64,000 bases of DNA, from the NCBI GenBank assembly GCA_051362555.1, contig CM120643.1, positions 14,358,644-14,422,643 of the forward strand. The letters run 5' to 3'. This stretch comes from Lingula anatina. Taxonomy: Eukaryota > Animalia > Brachiopoda. The position numbers were made by a program, and so were the translations under genes. Of the stretch, positions 63,901 to 64,000 are shown piece by piece (position 1 is the stretch's first letter; every line of letters starts with the position of its first letter). Under the pieces are notes generated by a model. The model searched no databases. It had not been told where the DNA came from and saw only the letters and a program-made list of their open reading frames with translations.

Positions 63901-64000
63901 TGTTACATATATCGTGTAATGCTCCCTGCATTGGTTTGTCACGAAAGGAAAATCTAGATGAATGATGATAATAAAATGCATTGACTCGGCAGGTTCACGA

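Overview
AT-rich, intron-rich animal genomic DNA, most likely a marine invertebrate bilaterian; the species cannot be determined from this window. Most ORF-track entries are exon fragments or noise, so genes were rebuilt by hand from splice sites and phase. Five protein-coding genes: (1) the 5' half of a CD109/TEP-like alpha-2-macroglobulin-family gene (minus, 19 coding exons, running off the left edge); (2) APRT (plus, 4 exons); (3) mitochondrial Rieske iron-sulfur protein UQCRFS1 (plus, 5 exons); (4) a MYORG-like GH31 glycosidase (minus, 2 coding exons); (5) the 3' half of a transmembrane adenylyl cyclase (minus, 13 exons, running off the right edge), with an antisense intronic tRNA-Arg(CCT). 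Mobile DNA: an intact CR1/L2-group LINE with an SGNH-type ORF1, two inverted 1661-bp decayed Tc1 elements, Helentron/HINE-like elements carrying a 146-bp satellite, a Kolobok-like element and several MITE families. I found no clearly new gene system. The most unusual signal is an excess of TA-NNNN-TA palindromic octamers (TACATGTA, TACTAGTA, TAGGCCTA) that look like transposon excision scars. Also notable are long hairpins abutting splice sites, a GC-AG intron and a DR1-motif satellite in the TEP bait-region intron. All counts and coordinates were done by eye.
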